58,123 nt of DNA from Christensenellales bacterium (GCA_051883555.1 JBJETY010000028.1:1-58123); one strand, 5' to 3'. Shown: positions 30,917 to 39,740, counted from the stretch's first letter. Notes: generated by a model from the letters alone, not told the origin. Translations and numbers: made by a program.

Positions 30917-31927
30917 ATGGAAGATATTAAACAGGATTTTGAATTTGACTTTTTAAACGAAGAAATTAAATCCTCATCGGAAAACGAAAATAACAAAGAG
31001 TCCGACGCTCTCTCCTCCCGTCCGTACGTTATAAAAACCGATAACTTGATTAAGATTTACAAAAACAAAGCGGCGGTTGACAACGTAAGCATTTCGGTCA
31101 GACAAGGAGATATCTACGGCCTTATAGGAAAAAACGGCGCAGGCAAAACGACGATGTTTAAAATCATTTTAGGGCTTGCCAAACCCGACGGCGGAAATCT
31201 CGCCTTGTTCGGAGAAGACGGCAATCTTCCTGCCGGCAGAAAAAAAATAGGATATCTCATCGAATACCCTGCATTTTCGGCTAAGCTCACGGCTTTCGAA
31301 AACTTAAAATATATGGCTTTGCAAAAAGGTTGCTATGACGAAAAACAAATTTACGAGTTAATCGACCTTGTAGGTTTAGGAAACGAAAGCAGAAAAAGAT
31401 TTTCCGAATATTCGCTCGGAATGAAACAGCGACTCGGCATAGCGTTCGCGCTTATAGGCTCACCCGAACTTTTAGTATTGGACGAACCTGTAAACGGTCT
31501 CGACCCGGAAGCTATACAAGCCGTCAGAAATTTACTGCTTAAACTTAATAAAGAAAGAAACATGACCATCGTTATTTCAAGCCACTTGATTTCCGAACTT
31601 TCAAAAGTCGCTACCTGCTACGGTGTTATGGCAAACGGCAAACTGGTAAAAGAACTCAACGAAACCGAACTTAACGAAACCGTCCGACCGTATATTAAAC
31701 TTATCGTCGACGACGCCGCAAAAGCCGTCGGATTGCTCAAAAATATGGGTGCGGAAAAAATCAAACTTGCACAAAACGGAACTATTTACTGCTTCGATTT
31801 GTTAAACAAGCTGCCCGCAATCAGCAAAACGCTTGCCGAAAACGAAGTGGTTATCTTCTCGATTTCCTTCGTTGAAGGCGACATCGAAAACTATTTTATT
31901 TCTCTACTGGGAGGCGACAAGCAATGA
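30917..31927 (+). CDS. ABC transporter ATP-binding protein (BcrA-like efflux type)
   Basis: GKNGAGKTT, YSLGMKQRLG, LVLDEP, SSH. Confidence 0.92.
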   Translation: MEDIKQDFEFDFLNEEIKSSSENENNKESDALSSRPYVIKTDNLIKIYKNKAAVDNVSISVRQGDIYGLIGKNGAGKTTMFKIILGLAKPDGGNLALFGEDGNLPAGRKKIGYLIEYPAFSAKLTAFENLKYMALQKGCYDEKQIYELIDLVGLGNESRKRFSEYSLGMKQRLGIAFALIGSPELLVLDEPVNGLDPEAIQAVRNLLLKLNKERNMTIVISSHLISELSKVATCYGVMANGKLVKELNETELNETVRPYIKLIVDDAAKAVGLLKNMGAEKIKLAQNGTIYCFDLLNKLPAISKTLAENEVVIFSISFVEGDIENYFISLLGGDKQ

Positions 31928-32724
31928 AAAACCTGTTAAAAGCCGAACTTTACAGAGCAAAATTTTTCAAATCGATTTGGATTGGTCTTATAGTTGTATT
32001 TTGTCTCACTTTAATAAACGTACTCGTCGCACGCGCTTTGAACGTTTCGGTGGGAGATAGCGACGACGCAATGTTGTTTGAACTTATGGGACTTTCATAT
32101 TCGGGCAAAAGCGTAATAATAGGCAACGTTGCGGCAACCGATACCACTTTCCTTTTAGGTATAATTATAAGCCTTATCGTAGGCGGCTCTTTTAAAAACG
32201 GAGCTATAAGAAATGCCGCTATATGCGGAACAAAAAGAATAAACGTTTTCTTCACGTACTTTATCGAAGCCGTGGCGCTCACCTTAATTTACGTTTTGGC
32301 AAATTATATTTTCTCAGGCGTATTGAGCGTTATGATAGGCTATGGCGTGACGTTTACCGCTAAGGAATTCGGAATATTGATCGGAAGAATGGCATTGCAA
32401 TTCTTATCGCTGCTTGCCTATTCTTCGGTATTCATCATGATTTCGCTTTTAATCAGAAAGAGCGGCGGAGCGATAGGAGTTTCAATAGGTTTTTATATCG
32501 TTGAAAATCTCGCTATTTCGGCAATCGTAATAGCCGCTTCGGTTGCAGGCAAAGAGAGCCTTACAAAACTCGCAAATGCGTTTTTAAGCGTATGTCTCTC
32601 TTCAACGGGAACAGTTTCGGCACTAAGCACGGAAACCATATTGCTTTGCACTTTCGTTCCGTTGGCATGGATAATCGTTTCGTCTATTATTTCGATTTTA
32701 ACTTTTGAAAAACGCGACTTATAA
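31924..32724 (+). CDS. ABC-2-type permease
   Basis: About six TM helices, LLKAELYR start, FEKRDL end, ATGA overlap with the ATPase. Confidence 0.85.
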   Translation: MKNLLKAELYRAKFFKSIWIGLIVVFCLTLINVLVARALNVSVGDSDDAMLFELMGLSYSGKSVIIGNVAATDTTFLLGIIISLIVGGSFKNGAIRNAAICGTKRINVFFTYFIEAVALTLIYVLANYIFSGVLSVMIGYGVTFTAKEFGILIGRMALQFLSLLAYSSVFIMISLLIRKSGGAIGVSIGFYIVENLAISAIVIAASVAGKESLTKLANAFLSVCLSSTGTVSALSTETILLCTFVPLAWIIVSSIISILTFEKRDL

Positions 32725-32868
32725 CGATTTAAAAACAGCCGCGTTTAAACAAAGCGGTTAAAATATATAATTAAACGTTTAAAGCCAACCGACAAAAATT
32801 TGTTTAACGCACAATACGACTATGAAAAATGCGTTTTACAAACGACTTCTAGAAACGGTTTTAAAGAT

Positions 32869-32896
32869 AAAAAGCATACGACAGTATGCTTTTTTT
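32869..32896 (+). terminator. Intrinsic terminator
   Basis: AAAAAGCATAC-GACA-GTATGCTTTTTTT. Confidence 0.8.
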
Positions 32897-32931
32897 GCGG
32901 TTAAAAGCAAAAAAAGCGACAAAAAAAGTGC

Positions 32932-32960
32932 TTGCTATAAACAGTAAATTATGCTAATAT
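32932..32960 (+). promoter_or_regulatory. SigA-type promoter of the SRP RNA
   Basis: TTGCTA, 17 bp, TG-n-TAATAT; the predicted RNA 5' end follows after 6 nt. Confidence 0.8.
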
Positions 32961-32966
32961 TATATA

Positions 32967-33233
32967 GCCGTGCTAGACGGGGAGCTAGCGGTGCCCTGTA
33001 AACCGCAATCCGCTACAGCGGTGTTGAATGTCGATTGAGGTGCAAGCTATGGGAGGCTGCACCGTGCAAGGGGTGTTGATAGCAAGGTCTTGTGCAACGT
33101 TATGCTGTGAACCGTGTCAGAGCTTGACCGCAGCAGCACTAAGCAGATTTTAGCGTGTGCCACAAGGAAGCTTTGAAGGAGCTACCTACACGGTTACCGC
33201 TTCGGTAGTTGGTATCGAGAGAGGCTGCACGGT
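32967..33233 (+). ncRNA. ffs: Large (Bacillus-type, Alu-containing) signal recognition particle RNA
   Basis: 5' GCCGTGCTAGACGGGGAGCTAGCGGTGCCCTGTAAACCGCAATCCGCT matches the B. subtilis scRNA Alu domain; helix 8 TGAACCGTGTCAG...AGCAGCA; 3' GCACGGT pairs with 5' GCCGTGC; own promoter and terminator. Confidence 0.93.
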
Positions 33234-33269
33234 AAAACAAAAGGCATCTTATCGGATGCCTTTTGTTTT
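33234..33269 (+). terminator. Intrinsic terminator of the SRP RNA
   Basis: AAAACAAAAGGCATC-TTATCG-GATGCCTTTTGTTTT. Confidence 0.88.
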
Positions 33270-33668
33270 GTGTTTTTTTGTTATAACAACTACTCTTCGT
33301 TTTGCGTTTTACGCCGACTCTTCTTTTTGCATTTTACAACTTCTCTTCGTTTTGCTTTTCATAAACACTATTTTGTCATAGAGTCGATTTACGTTTCGTT
33401 TCCCGTCATAAAACAACTGCACATTTTATTTTTTGCTTTTGCGTCTACTCTGCGTTGCGTTTTTATATTTTACAACAACCGCCGATTTTTTATATCATAA
33501 AACCACCGCTTGTCCGTATTTAGCATAAAATATCCACTGTTTGTTTGGTTTCATATTATTTGTTCTGAATTTTGCGTTTTATTTAAACTACCGCGCACAA
33601 TAAAGCGTTACTTTTTTGCAATTAGACCGCTTATTCGGTACACTTTTTATAGCGTAACAAGCTTAAAT

Positions 33669-33998
33669 TTAATTTGATTTTTTAATATTCTTTTGAGTAT
33701 CTAATATCCCTTGTATATAGCTTTTAGCAAGTTTTTTGTTCCCCTCATCCAACTGGTCGTATAGTTCTTGTATCTCTGTTTTAGGAATATATGAATTTTC
33801 TAACAAACTATCCGACGTTCTTCCTAAAATATAATCTGTTGTAACGTTAAAAAAATCGGCAAGTTTACAAAGCATTTCGGGTGTTGGTTTGTGTGTGTTT
33901 GTTTCATAGCCGGAATACGTTGCATAAGAAATTCCTAGTTTTTCCGCTACGTCAATTTGCTTTATTTTTTTTGATTGTCTGATTTCTTTAAGTCTCAT
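33669..33998 (-). CDS. XRE-family (HTH_3) repressor, ImmR/cI-like, predicted leaderless
   Basis: LKEIRQSKKIKQIDVAEKLGISYATYSGYETNTHKPTPEMLCKLADFFNVTTDYILG; no S24 peptidase domain; ATG 33998 lies 6 nt after a -10. Confidence 0.88.
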   Translation of the reverse strand: MRLKEIRQSKKIKQIDVAEKLGISYATYSGYETNTHKPTPEMLCKLADFFNVTTDYILGRTSDSLLENSYIPKTEIQELYDQLDEGNKKLAKSYIQGILDTQKNIKKSN

Positions 33999-34004
33999 AT
34001 TTCG

Positions 34005-34106
34005 ATTATTAATTTTTTTTGGCAATTTTTCAAGATTTTCTAAATTTTCTATTGACTTTTAGAGTTATTCTAAGTATATTATGATTGTTTAGAGAATCTC
34101 TAAACA
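34005..34106. promoter_or_regulatory. Divergent promoters with three operators at 30-bp spacing
   Basis: TTCAAGATTTTCTAA (34029), TTAGAGTTATTCTAA (34059), TTAGAGAATCTCTAA (34089, inside perfect palindrome 34086-34106); rightward TTGACT-17-TATATT (34052-34080); leftward TTGAAA-17-AATAAT (34033-34005). Confidence 0.78.
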
Positions 34107-34137
34107 CAACGTAACAAAATAAGGAGAAAAAAAAAGC

Positions 34138-34560
34138 ATGGCAAACGAAAAACAAACTTACAAATTACTTTTGAAAACAAACCGCAGTTTAATTAAGTAC
34201 ATTTTACTTTCAATTATCACCTTAGGTATCTATTCAATCTACACTTATTATACCATTGGCGAAGACATTAATATGATTGCTAGCGGATACGACGGTAAAA
34301 AGACAATGAATTACGCGTTATTGTTTTTCCTCATTGGTCCTATTACGTTCGGTATCGGAATTTTGGTATGGATGCACAGAATCTGCAAACGCATAGGTTG
34401 TGAACTCGAACGCCGTCAGATACCATACAGCTTCGGCGCAGGCAGTTACTGGGGATGGCACGTACTCGGCGTTGCAATTATTGTCGGACCTTCAGTATTT
34501 ATTCACAAATTATGCAAAGCAATGAACTTACTTTGCAATGACTATAATGTAAACGACTAA
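34138..34560 (+). CDS. DUF4234-like membrane protein
   Basis: RSLIKYILLSIITLGIYSIY N-terminal motif, 3 hydrophobic segments, AAGGAG RBS. Confidence 0.7.
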   Translation: MANEKQTYKLLLKTNRSLIKYILLSIITLGIYSIYTYYTIGEDINMIASGYDGKKTMNYALLFFLIGPITFGIGILVWMHRICKRIGCELERRQIPYSFGAGSYWGWHVLGVAIIVGPSVFIHKLCKAMNLLCNDYNVND

Positions 34561-34606
34561 TTTTGCAAACGACTAATTCAAGAAATTAGATTTAACCTAA
34601 ACGTTG

Positions 34607-34638
34607 ATAAAGCACTCATAAAGAGTGCTTTATTTTTT
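34607..34638 (+). terminator. Intrinsic terminator
   Basis: ATAAAGCACTC-ATAAA-GAGTGCTTTAT followed by T run. Confidence 0.8.
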
Positions 34639-34774
34639 GCTTTTCTTAATCATGCTATCCATAGACTTAAAAATTTTGTTTTAGCCATAGATAAAAATCA
34701 CAAAATTAAATCTTAAGGTTAAAAATATATGACAATAGCATAACGCCGATTCACAGAATTAAGGAGAATATTTG

Positions 34775-34803
34775 TTGCCACGATTTATTTTTAGTGATAA
34801 TAT
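34775..34803 (+). promoter_or_regulatory. SigA-type promoter, predicted leaderless start of pdxK
   Basis: TTGCCA, 17 bp, TG-n-TAATAT, then 6 nt to ATG 34810; no SD. Confidence 0.6.
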
Positions 34804-34809
34804 AATTTC

Positions 34810-35634
34810 ATGAACAAACGCATTTTATCTCTACAAGACTTTTCATCAATCGGACGTTGCTCACTTACTGCGGCAATTCCTATTATTTCTGCTTTAGGCA
34901 ACGAAATAATTGCTCTGCCTACCGCCCTTTATTCAACGCAAACGGCAATAGACAATTTTACTTTTACCGATTTATCCGACAATGTTTTGCCCGCATACAA
35001 CCACTTTAAGAGTATAAATGCGAAATTCGACTGTCTTTATACGGGCTTTTTAGGTACTCTGTCTTCACTCAATGCCGCAATCGAAATCGCAAAAGATTTT
35101 AAATCAAAAGGACTTTTAGTTGCGGTTGACCCTGCAATGGCAGACGATGGTTCACTTTACAGCGTATTCGACAGCAACTACTTCAACAAAATGCGGGACT
35201 TGGTAGCTCTTGCCGACGTCTTGCTACCGAATTTCACAGAAGGAAGAATGCTCTCTTCCGTAACTGACGAATCGACAGACAAGGACAACGCAACGGCAAT
35301 TCTGACCGCTCTGAAAAAGCAGGGACTTAAATGCGTAATACTTTCAGGCGTTACAAGCGGCAATTTATGCGGAACCGCAACGCTTTGCAACGACGAAATC
35401 TCTTTTCAGTTTAACAGTCGATTCGACAAGCGAATTCACGGTGCGGGCGACATTCTTTCATCGGTCGTTATTTCTTCCGTTTTAAACGGAACACCCTATC
35501 CCGTCGCCGCTCAAAAAGCAGTAGATTTTATACACTTTGCAATTCAGACTACCGTTAAAGATAATACGGATTTAAAATACGGCTTGAACGTGGAAAAATG
35601 TCTTCCGGAATTAATCGACATGCAAAAAATTTAA
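34810..35634 (+). CDS. pdxK: Pyridoxal/pyridoxine/pyridoxamine kinase (PfkB family)
   Basis: QDFSSIGRCS, LPTALYST, TGFLG, VDPAMADDG, PNFTE, HGAGD. Confidence 0.85.
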   Translation: MNKRILSLQDFSSIGRCSLTAAIPIISALGNEIIALPTALYSTQTAIDNFTFTDLSDNVLPAYNHFKSINAKFDCLYTGFLGTLSSLNAAIEIAKDFKSKGLLVAVDPAMADDGSLYSVFDSNYFNKMRDLVALADVLLPNFTEGRMLSSVTDESTDKDNATAILTALKKQGLKCVILSGVTSGNLCGTATLCNDEISFQFNSRFDKRIHGAGDILSSVVISSVLNGTPYPVAAQKAVDFIHFAIQTTVKDNTDLKYGLNVEKCLPELIDMQKI

Positions 35635-36121
35635 GTGCACAGTCATAAAAAGCAAAGCCAATACGATAAAATTGCAAATAATTTGAATTCGATTATTAAA
35701 CAACCATATACGACCAAACAACATCGAGTCTGATTTTAAATTCTGACTCTTTAAATTTTGACTCTTTTTGTTTTTTAATCTTTTAAAATACTTTAAAAAT
35801 CTAAAATTCAGAATCTATAACTTTCGCTATGATTTTTTTCGTTGCCCATTCATTAAACGATTTTGACAAACAAATATTCTAGCTATAAAACAATTTTTCA
35901 AGATAAATTTTAATTTCTTTTTTATTTATAACGTTTTCAGTATCATATCTATAATATTTAAATTTCCGTCTCGCTTATTTCAAGCTTGTTTATTTTACGC
36001 TATCCAAATCATACATATTTACGCTCTCTTTCACGCTCGTTTATGCTACGCTAAATCGTCGCTTTTATATTTAATTTGTGATTTTTGTCAATATTCATAT
36101 TGCTGTTTCATATTGTAAAAT

Positions 36122-36799
36122 ATGAAGATTGCAGTTTATGACAGCGGAATAGGCGGTTTGACAGTCCTTGCCCGTCTGATATCCGCTTTTCCCGATTGCG
36201 ACTATTTATATTATGCCGACAATGCGAATTTCCCTTTCGGGCAAAAAAACGTTAACACTTTGAAAGCTAATATCGCCGATACGGTTAATTTTTTAAAAAA
36301 AGAAAGCGATTTGCAAGTAATCGCATGTTATACCGCCTCAACTCTTATACCTAAAGACAAAACGACCTTTACCGTAAAGCCTGAAATCGAAAACGAAAAC
36401 ACTTTGCTTATTGCAACGCCGAATACGATAAAGAATTTATCGCCAAAATGTAAAATTGCAGATACGCCCTGCCTTGCATACATAATTCAGACAACGCTTT
36501 TGAACGAACGTAATTTTGAGTCGGTCGATAATTATTTGTTCGATACGTTAAGTGAATTTATAAAAACGGAACTCGTATCGATAGGATGCACACATTATAA
36601 CTATATAAAGAAAAACATAAAGGCATTACTCGGTGCGGAAAAAATTCTTGACGGAACCGATTTGCTTTTAGAAGAACTTGATAAAGAAATTTTACCGTCT
36701 GCCCATACAGGAAGACTATCGTTCGGATTTTCGGCAGGCGATGAATCGGAAGTTTATACAAAAATGCTAAAACGAATTTTAAGTCGAGAATTTAATTGA
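36122..36799 (+). CDS. murI: Glutamate racemase-like protein, shortened and divergent
   Basis: YDSGIGGLTV, ADNANFPFGQK, IACYTA, IGCTHY; only 225 aa. Confidence 0.7.
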   Translation: MKIAVYDSGIGGLTVLARLISAFPDCDYLYYADNANFPFGQKNVNTLKANIADTVNFLKKESDLQVIACYTASTLIPKDKTTFTVKPEIENENTLLIATPNTIKNLSPKCKIADTPCLAYIIQTTLLNERNFESVDNYLFDTLSEFIKTELVSIGCTHYNYIKKNIKALLGAEKILDGTDLLLEELDKEILPSAHTGRLSFGFSAGDESEVYTKMLKRILSREFN

Positions 36800-36827
36800 A
36801 ATGAAAACCCGATTTATAATATAAGAA

Positions 36828-36874
36828 TCAACGAAATTCACGATTCAACTAAATTCACGATTCAACGAAATTCA
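36828..36874. repeat. 17-bp tandem repeat x2.8
   Basis: TCAAC(G/T)AAATTCACGAT at 36828, 36845, partial at 36862. Confidence 0.85.
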
Positions 36875-37037
36875 ATCGTATCGTTATGATAATTTAAGTA
36901 AATAGTTTTAAAGAGTTTAATATAACGAAATTAGCGAATCGCAGTTATAAATAAACCATAAAACGATTTGCTTTTGTCGGCATTTCCTTTTGCAATTTTT
37001 GTCTTTGAATTTTTTTTACAATTTATTAAACGGCACA

Positions 37038-37928
37038 TCAGCCGAAAGCTGCAAAGTTTATCGCCGAAGCTATAATTTGCGCAGTATTTTCCGTTAAAAA
37101 ATCAATTTCTTTAGGCGTAACGATAAGTCCCGACAAATTATTTTCGATAAGCGTTTCGGCATATTTTGCGGCGTCGGTTGATGAGCCTCTCTTTGAATCA
37201 TAATTGGAAAAAGCGTTATATAATACCTTGTCCAACTTTGCTACAAGCGGAACGCCGATGGCAAGCGTCGGCACTTTTAAAGTTGAATAATTAAGTCCTG
37301 TTCTGCCTCCGTTAACTCCGCTGGCTGGCTCTATGCCTGCGGTCGACAATTGAAAACTGTTCCCTATTCTGCCCACTTTTGACGTGCACAAAGTATCTAC
37401 GGCAATTACCAAATCCGGTTTAATTTGCGTCACAATGCCTTTTACAACGTCGAACGACTCGATACCCGTTTTGCCGTATACGCTTGGAGCAACGCTTGCA
37501 AGCGACTTCAAAAACCTATCTCCCGTGCCTTCCTTAATTATATTGCGCGTAACTTTTACTCTGTTTGCCACCTCAGGACCTAAACTGTCGGCGACAAGTC
37601 CGCCGTTGCCTAACCCGACAACAAGGATATTCTTTTTTATTCCGCCCGAATAAATGCTCATATCTTTAATTGCGTTGCCGACGATTTTAATCAGCGTACT
37701 TTTTTCGTTTTCGTTCAGACATTTTTTTCTTACGTCAATTGTTACGTAAACGCCTCTCGGCTTTCCAATCTCTCTTGCTATCTGTTCGGTTTTTACGTTT
37801 GTTACGTATTTATCGACAAAACCGTATTGTTGCGATTTTGTATATCCGTTATCTTTATTTTCAACCGCGTCTATCGCCATTTCGGTGTAAAACGTTTCTT
37901 TTAAGTCGTCGCAAATAAAATTTTTCAT
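37038..37928 (-). CDS. gpr: Germination protease GPR
   Basis: VGLGNGGLVADSLGP, APSVYGKTGIES, AVDTL, VPTLAIGVP, LIVTPKEID; divergent from rpsT as in other spore formers. Confidence 0.9.
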   Translation of the reverse strand: MKNFICDDLKETFYTEMAIDAVENKDNGYTKSQQYGFVDKYVTNVKTEQIAREIGKPRGVYVTIDVRKKCLNENEKSTLIKIVGNAIKDMSIYSGGIKKNILVVGLGNGGLVADSLGPEVANRVKVTRNIIKEGTGDRFLKSLASVAPSVYGKTGIESFDVVKGIVTQIKPDLVIAVDTLCTSKVGRIGNSFQLSTAGIEPASGVNGGRTGLNYSTLKVPTLAIGVPLVAKLDKVLYNAFSNYDSKRGSSTDAAKYAETLIENNLSGLIVTPKEIDFLTENTAQIIASAINFAAFG

Positions 37929-38038
37929 AATTTTATTATCTATTAATTTAAAAAAACAATGTAATTTTGTTGCAAAAAAATTCGTCTTATGGTATTATTC
38001 TAAAAGTACAAATCAAGATGTTTTAGAAGGAGAAAAAA

Positions 38039-38311
38039 ATGCCTAACATCAAATCAGCAAAAAAGAGAGTTCGTGTTTCACAAAGACAAAATGCGGAAAA
38101 CGTATCACAAAAATCACAAGTAAAGACAGCTATCAAAAAGTATAACGCTGCAATCGAAGCAAAAGATATTGCCCTTGCAGAACAACTTTTGCCTGAAACT
38201 GTCAAAGTTATAGATAAAGCTAAATGTGACGGAATTTTTCATAAAAACACTGCTGCAAGAAAGGTTTCTCACCTTTCAAAAGCTTTGTCAGACCTTAAAG
38301 CCGCAAAATAA
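38039..38311 (+). CDS. rpsT: 30S ribosomal protein S20
   Basis: MPNIKSAKKR, IDKA, HKNTAARK. Confidence 0.97.
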   Translation: MPNIKSAKKRVRVSQRQNAENVSQKSQVKTAIKKYNAAIEAKDIALAEQLLPETVKVIDKAKCDGIFHKNTAARKVSHLSKALSDLKAAK

Positions 38312-38325
38312 TAACGAACAATCAA

Positions 38326-38358
38326 TAAAGACCTACCGTACGGTAGGTCTTTTATTTT
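38326..38358 (+). terminator. Intrinsic terminator of rpsT
   Basis: TAAAGACCTACCG-TA-CGGTAGGTCTTT with T-rich tail. Confidence 0.85.
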
Positions 38359-38692
38359 TAGTTGATTTAAATTGCTTTTATTATTATTGCTAAAATTGCT
38401 TTTATTATTGCTAATAGCTTTTTTCAATAATTTTAAATCGCTTTTAAAAATTGATAATCCCTATCTTTTAACTACTTTTAATTATGTTCAGTATTTATTT
38501 TTTTAAATACTTTCATTATTTAGTATTAAATTTAAGAATTTGTTTTAAGCATTTAAGTTAAGTATTTATTTTAAACATTTAAGTTAAGTATTAAATTTAA
38601 TATTTATTTTATCAAATACTTTCATTATTTTAATTATTCATTATTTAAATCATTAAAATGCTTTAATTGTTTCAGGTAAAAACGCAAAACGG

Positions 38693-39562
38693 TTATCTTG
38701 CATTCCATTTCACGGTTCCGTCTTTTTCAAGCTGTCCCCACTTACCGTCCTTTTTGACCTTTGCCGAGCCGTCTTCAAAAGGCGTAGCCGCGTCGAACTG
38801 AAAATCTACGATAAGTTTATTATTTTTATCTACGTATCCGCATTTACCGTTTTTTACTACCATGGCAAAACCTTCGGAAAAGCTTAATCCCGCTTCATAA
38901 TCGAACGGTATCACCATATTATTGTTTGAATCGATATAACCGCATTTTTCATCGAGTTCGACGAGTGCAAGTCCTTCCTTAAAGGAAAAAACTTCGTCGT
39001 ATACGGGAGGAATGACGTTTTTTATTCCGTCATAAAATCCCCATTTCGTACCGCGCTGAACCTTGCGCCACTCTTCAGGCGGATACGGCGGTTTAAGCTG
39101 TTTGACTTCTTCAACGCCATAATGCGGACGTCCCTCGCCCTGCCTGAGTTTTCCGCTCAAAGTGAAAAATTTACGGTTCGGCAATTTTTCTTCAACTTTT
39201 TCCTGCTTTACAGGTTGAGCGTTTTGTTTAGCCGCTTTATCGTTTGTCTGTTGTTGCGTTTCATGGACTTTTGGTTGGTCGTTTCTTGTCGCAAAAACAA
39301 AGCCCTTTTTGCGTAAACACTTTGAAATTTCAATAAACTGCTTTTTGCCGAACATTTGAATTTTATACATATCCTTTTCGGTCTTTTTGACCAAATCGGA
39401 AGCGGTTTTTAAATTATTATCGAGCAAAAGCTTTAACGTGTTTTCTGAAAGCCCCAATTGTTCGAGCGGAACTTTTCTGGCGGCTTCTTCCATTTTTGCG
39501 TCGTATACGTTTGTTACTTGTGCTTTTTCGCTCTTTTTATAGTAAAATTTCTTTTTAGCCAT
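38693..39562 (-). CDS. RNA polymerase alpha-CTD-like domain plus C-terminal WG repeats
   Basis: aa 32-90 align gaplessly with the alpha-CTD; C-terminal repeats WGFYD/CGYID/CGYVD/WGQLE with F-EG spacers; GGAG RBS before ATG 39562. Confidence 0.75.
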   Translation of the reverse strand: MAKKKFYYKKSEKAQVTNVYDAKMEEAARKVPLEQLGLSENTLKLLLDNNLKTASDLVKKTEKDMYKIQMFGKKQFIEISKCLRKKGFVFATRNDQPKVHETQQQTNDKAAKQNAQPVKQEKVEEKLPNRKFFTLSGKLRQGEGRPHYGVEEVKQLKPPYPPEEWRKVQRGTKWGFYDGIKNVIPPVYDEVFSFKEGLALVELDEKCGYIDSNNNMVIPFDYEAGLSFSEGFAMVVKNGKCGYVDKNNKLIVDFQFDAATPFEDGSAKVKKDGKWGQLEKDGTVKWNAR

Positions 39563-39740
39563 ATTAACTCCTTTTTTAATTATATCAAAAAGGTTTAAAT
39601 ATAGCAATAATTTAAACCAATTTAAAACCGTACAACTCATTTAAAAACATACAACTCACAATTTGACTTCTTCTCTTACGACTTATCTCAAACTTAATAC
39701 ACAGTGCGTCGCAAAGTATTTATTCTTTAAATCTCGGTTG

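Noticed and set aside
33157-33500. Plus-strand ORFs 33157-33381 and 33270-33500
   Set aside because: They overlap the SRP RNA/terminator or AT-rich low-complexity DNA and lack an RBS and recognisable motifs
34607-34633. CIRCE-like arms AAGCACTC/GAGTGCTT
   Set aside because: Spacer is 5 nt rather than 9, and it lies after a stop codon with a T-run, so it is a terminator
33270-34800. Prophage or ICE integrated at the SRP RNA 3' end
   Set aside because: No integrase, structural genes or duplicated ffs 3' end visible; only the repressor switch is supported
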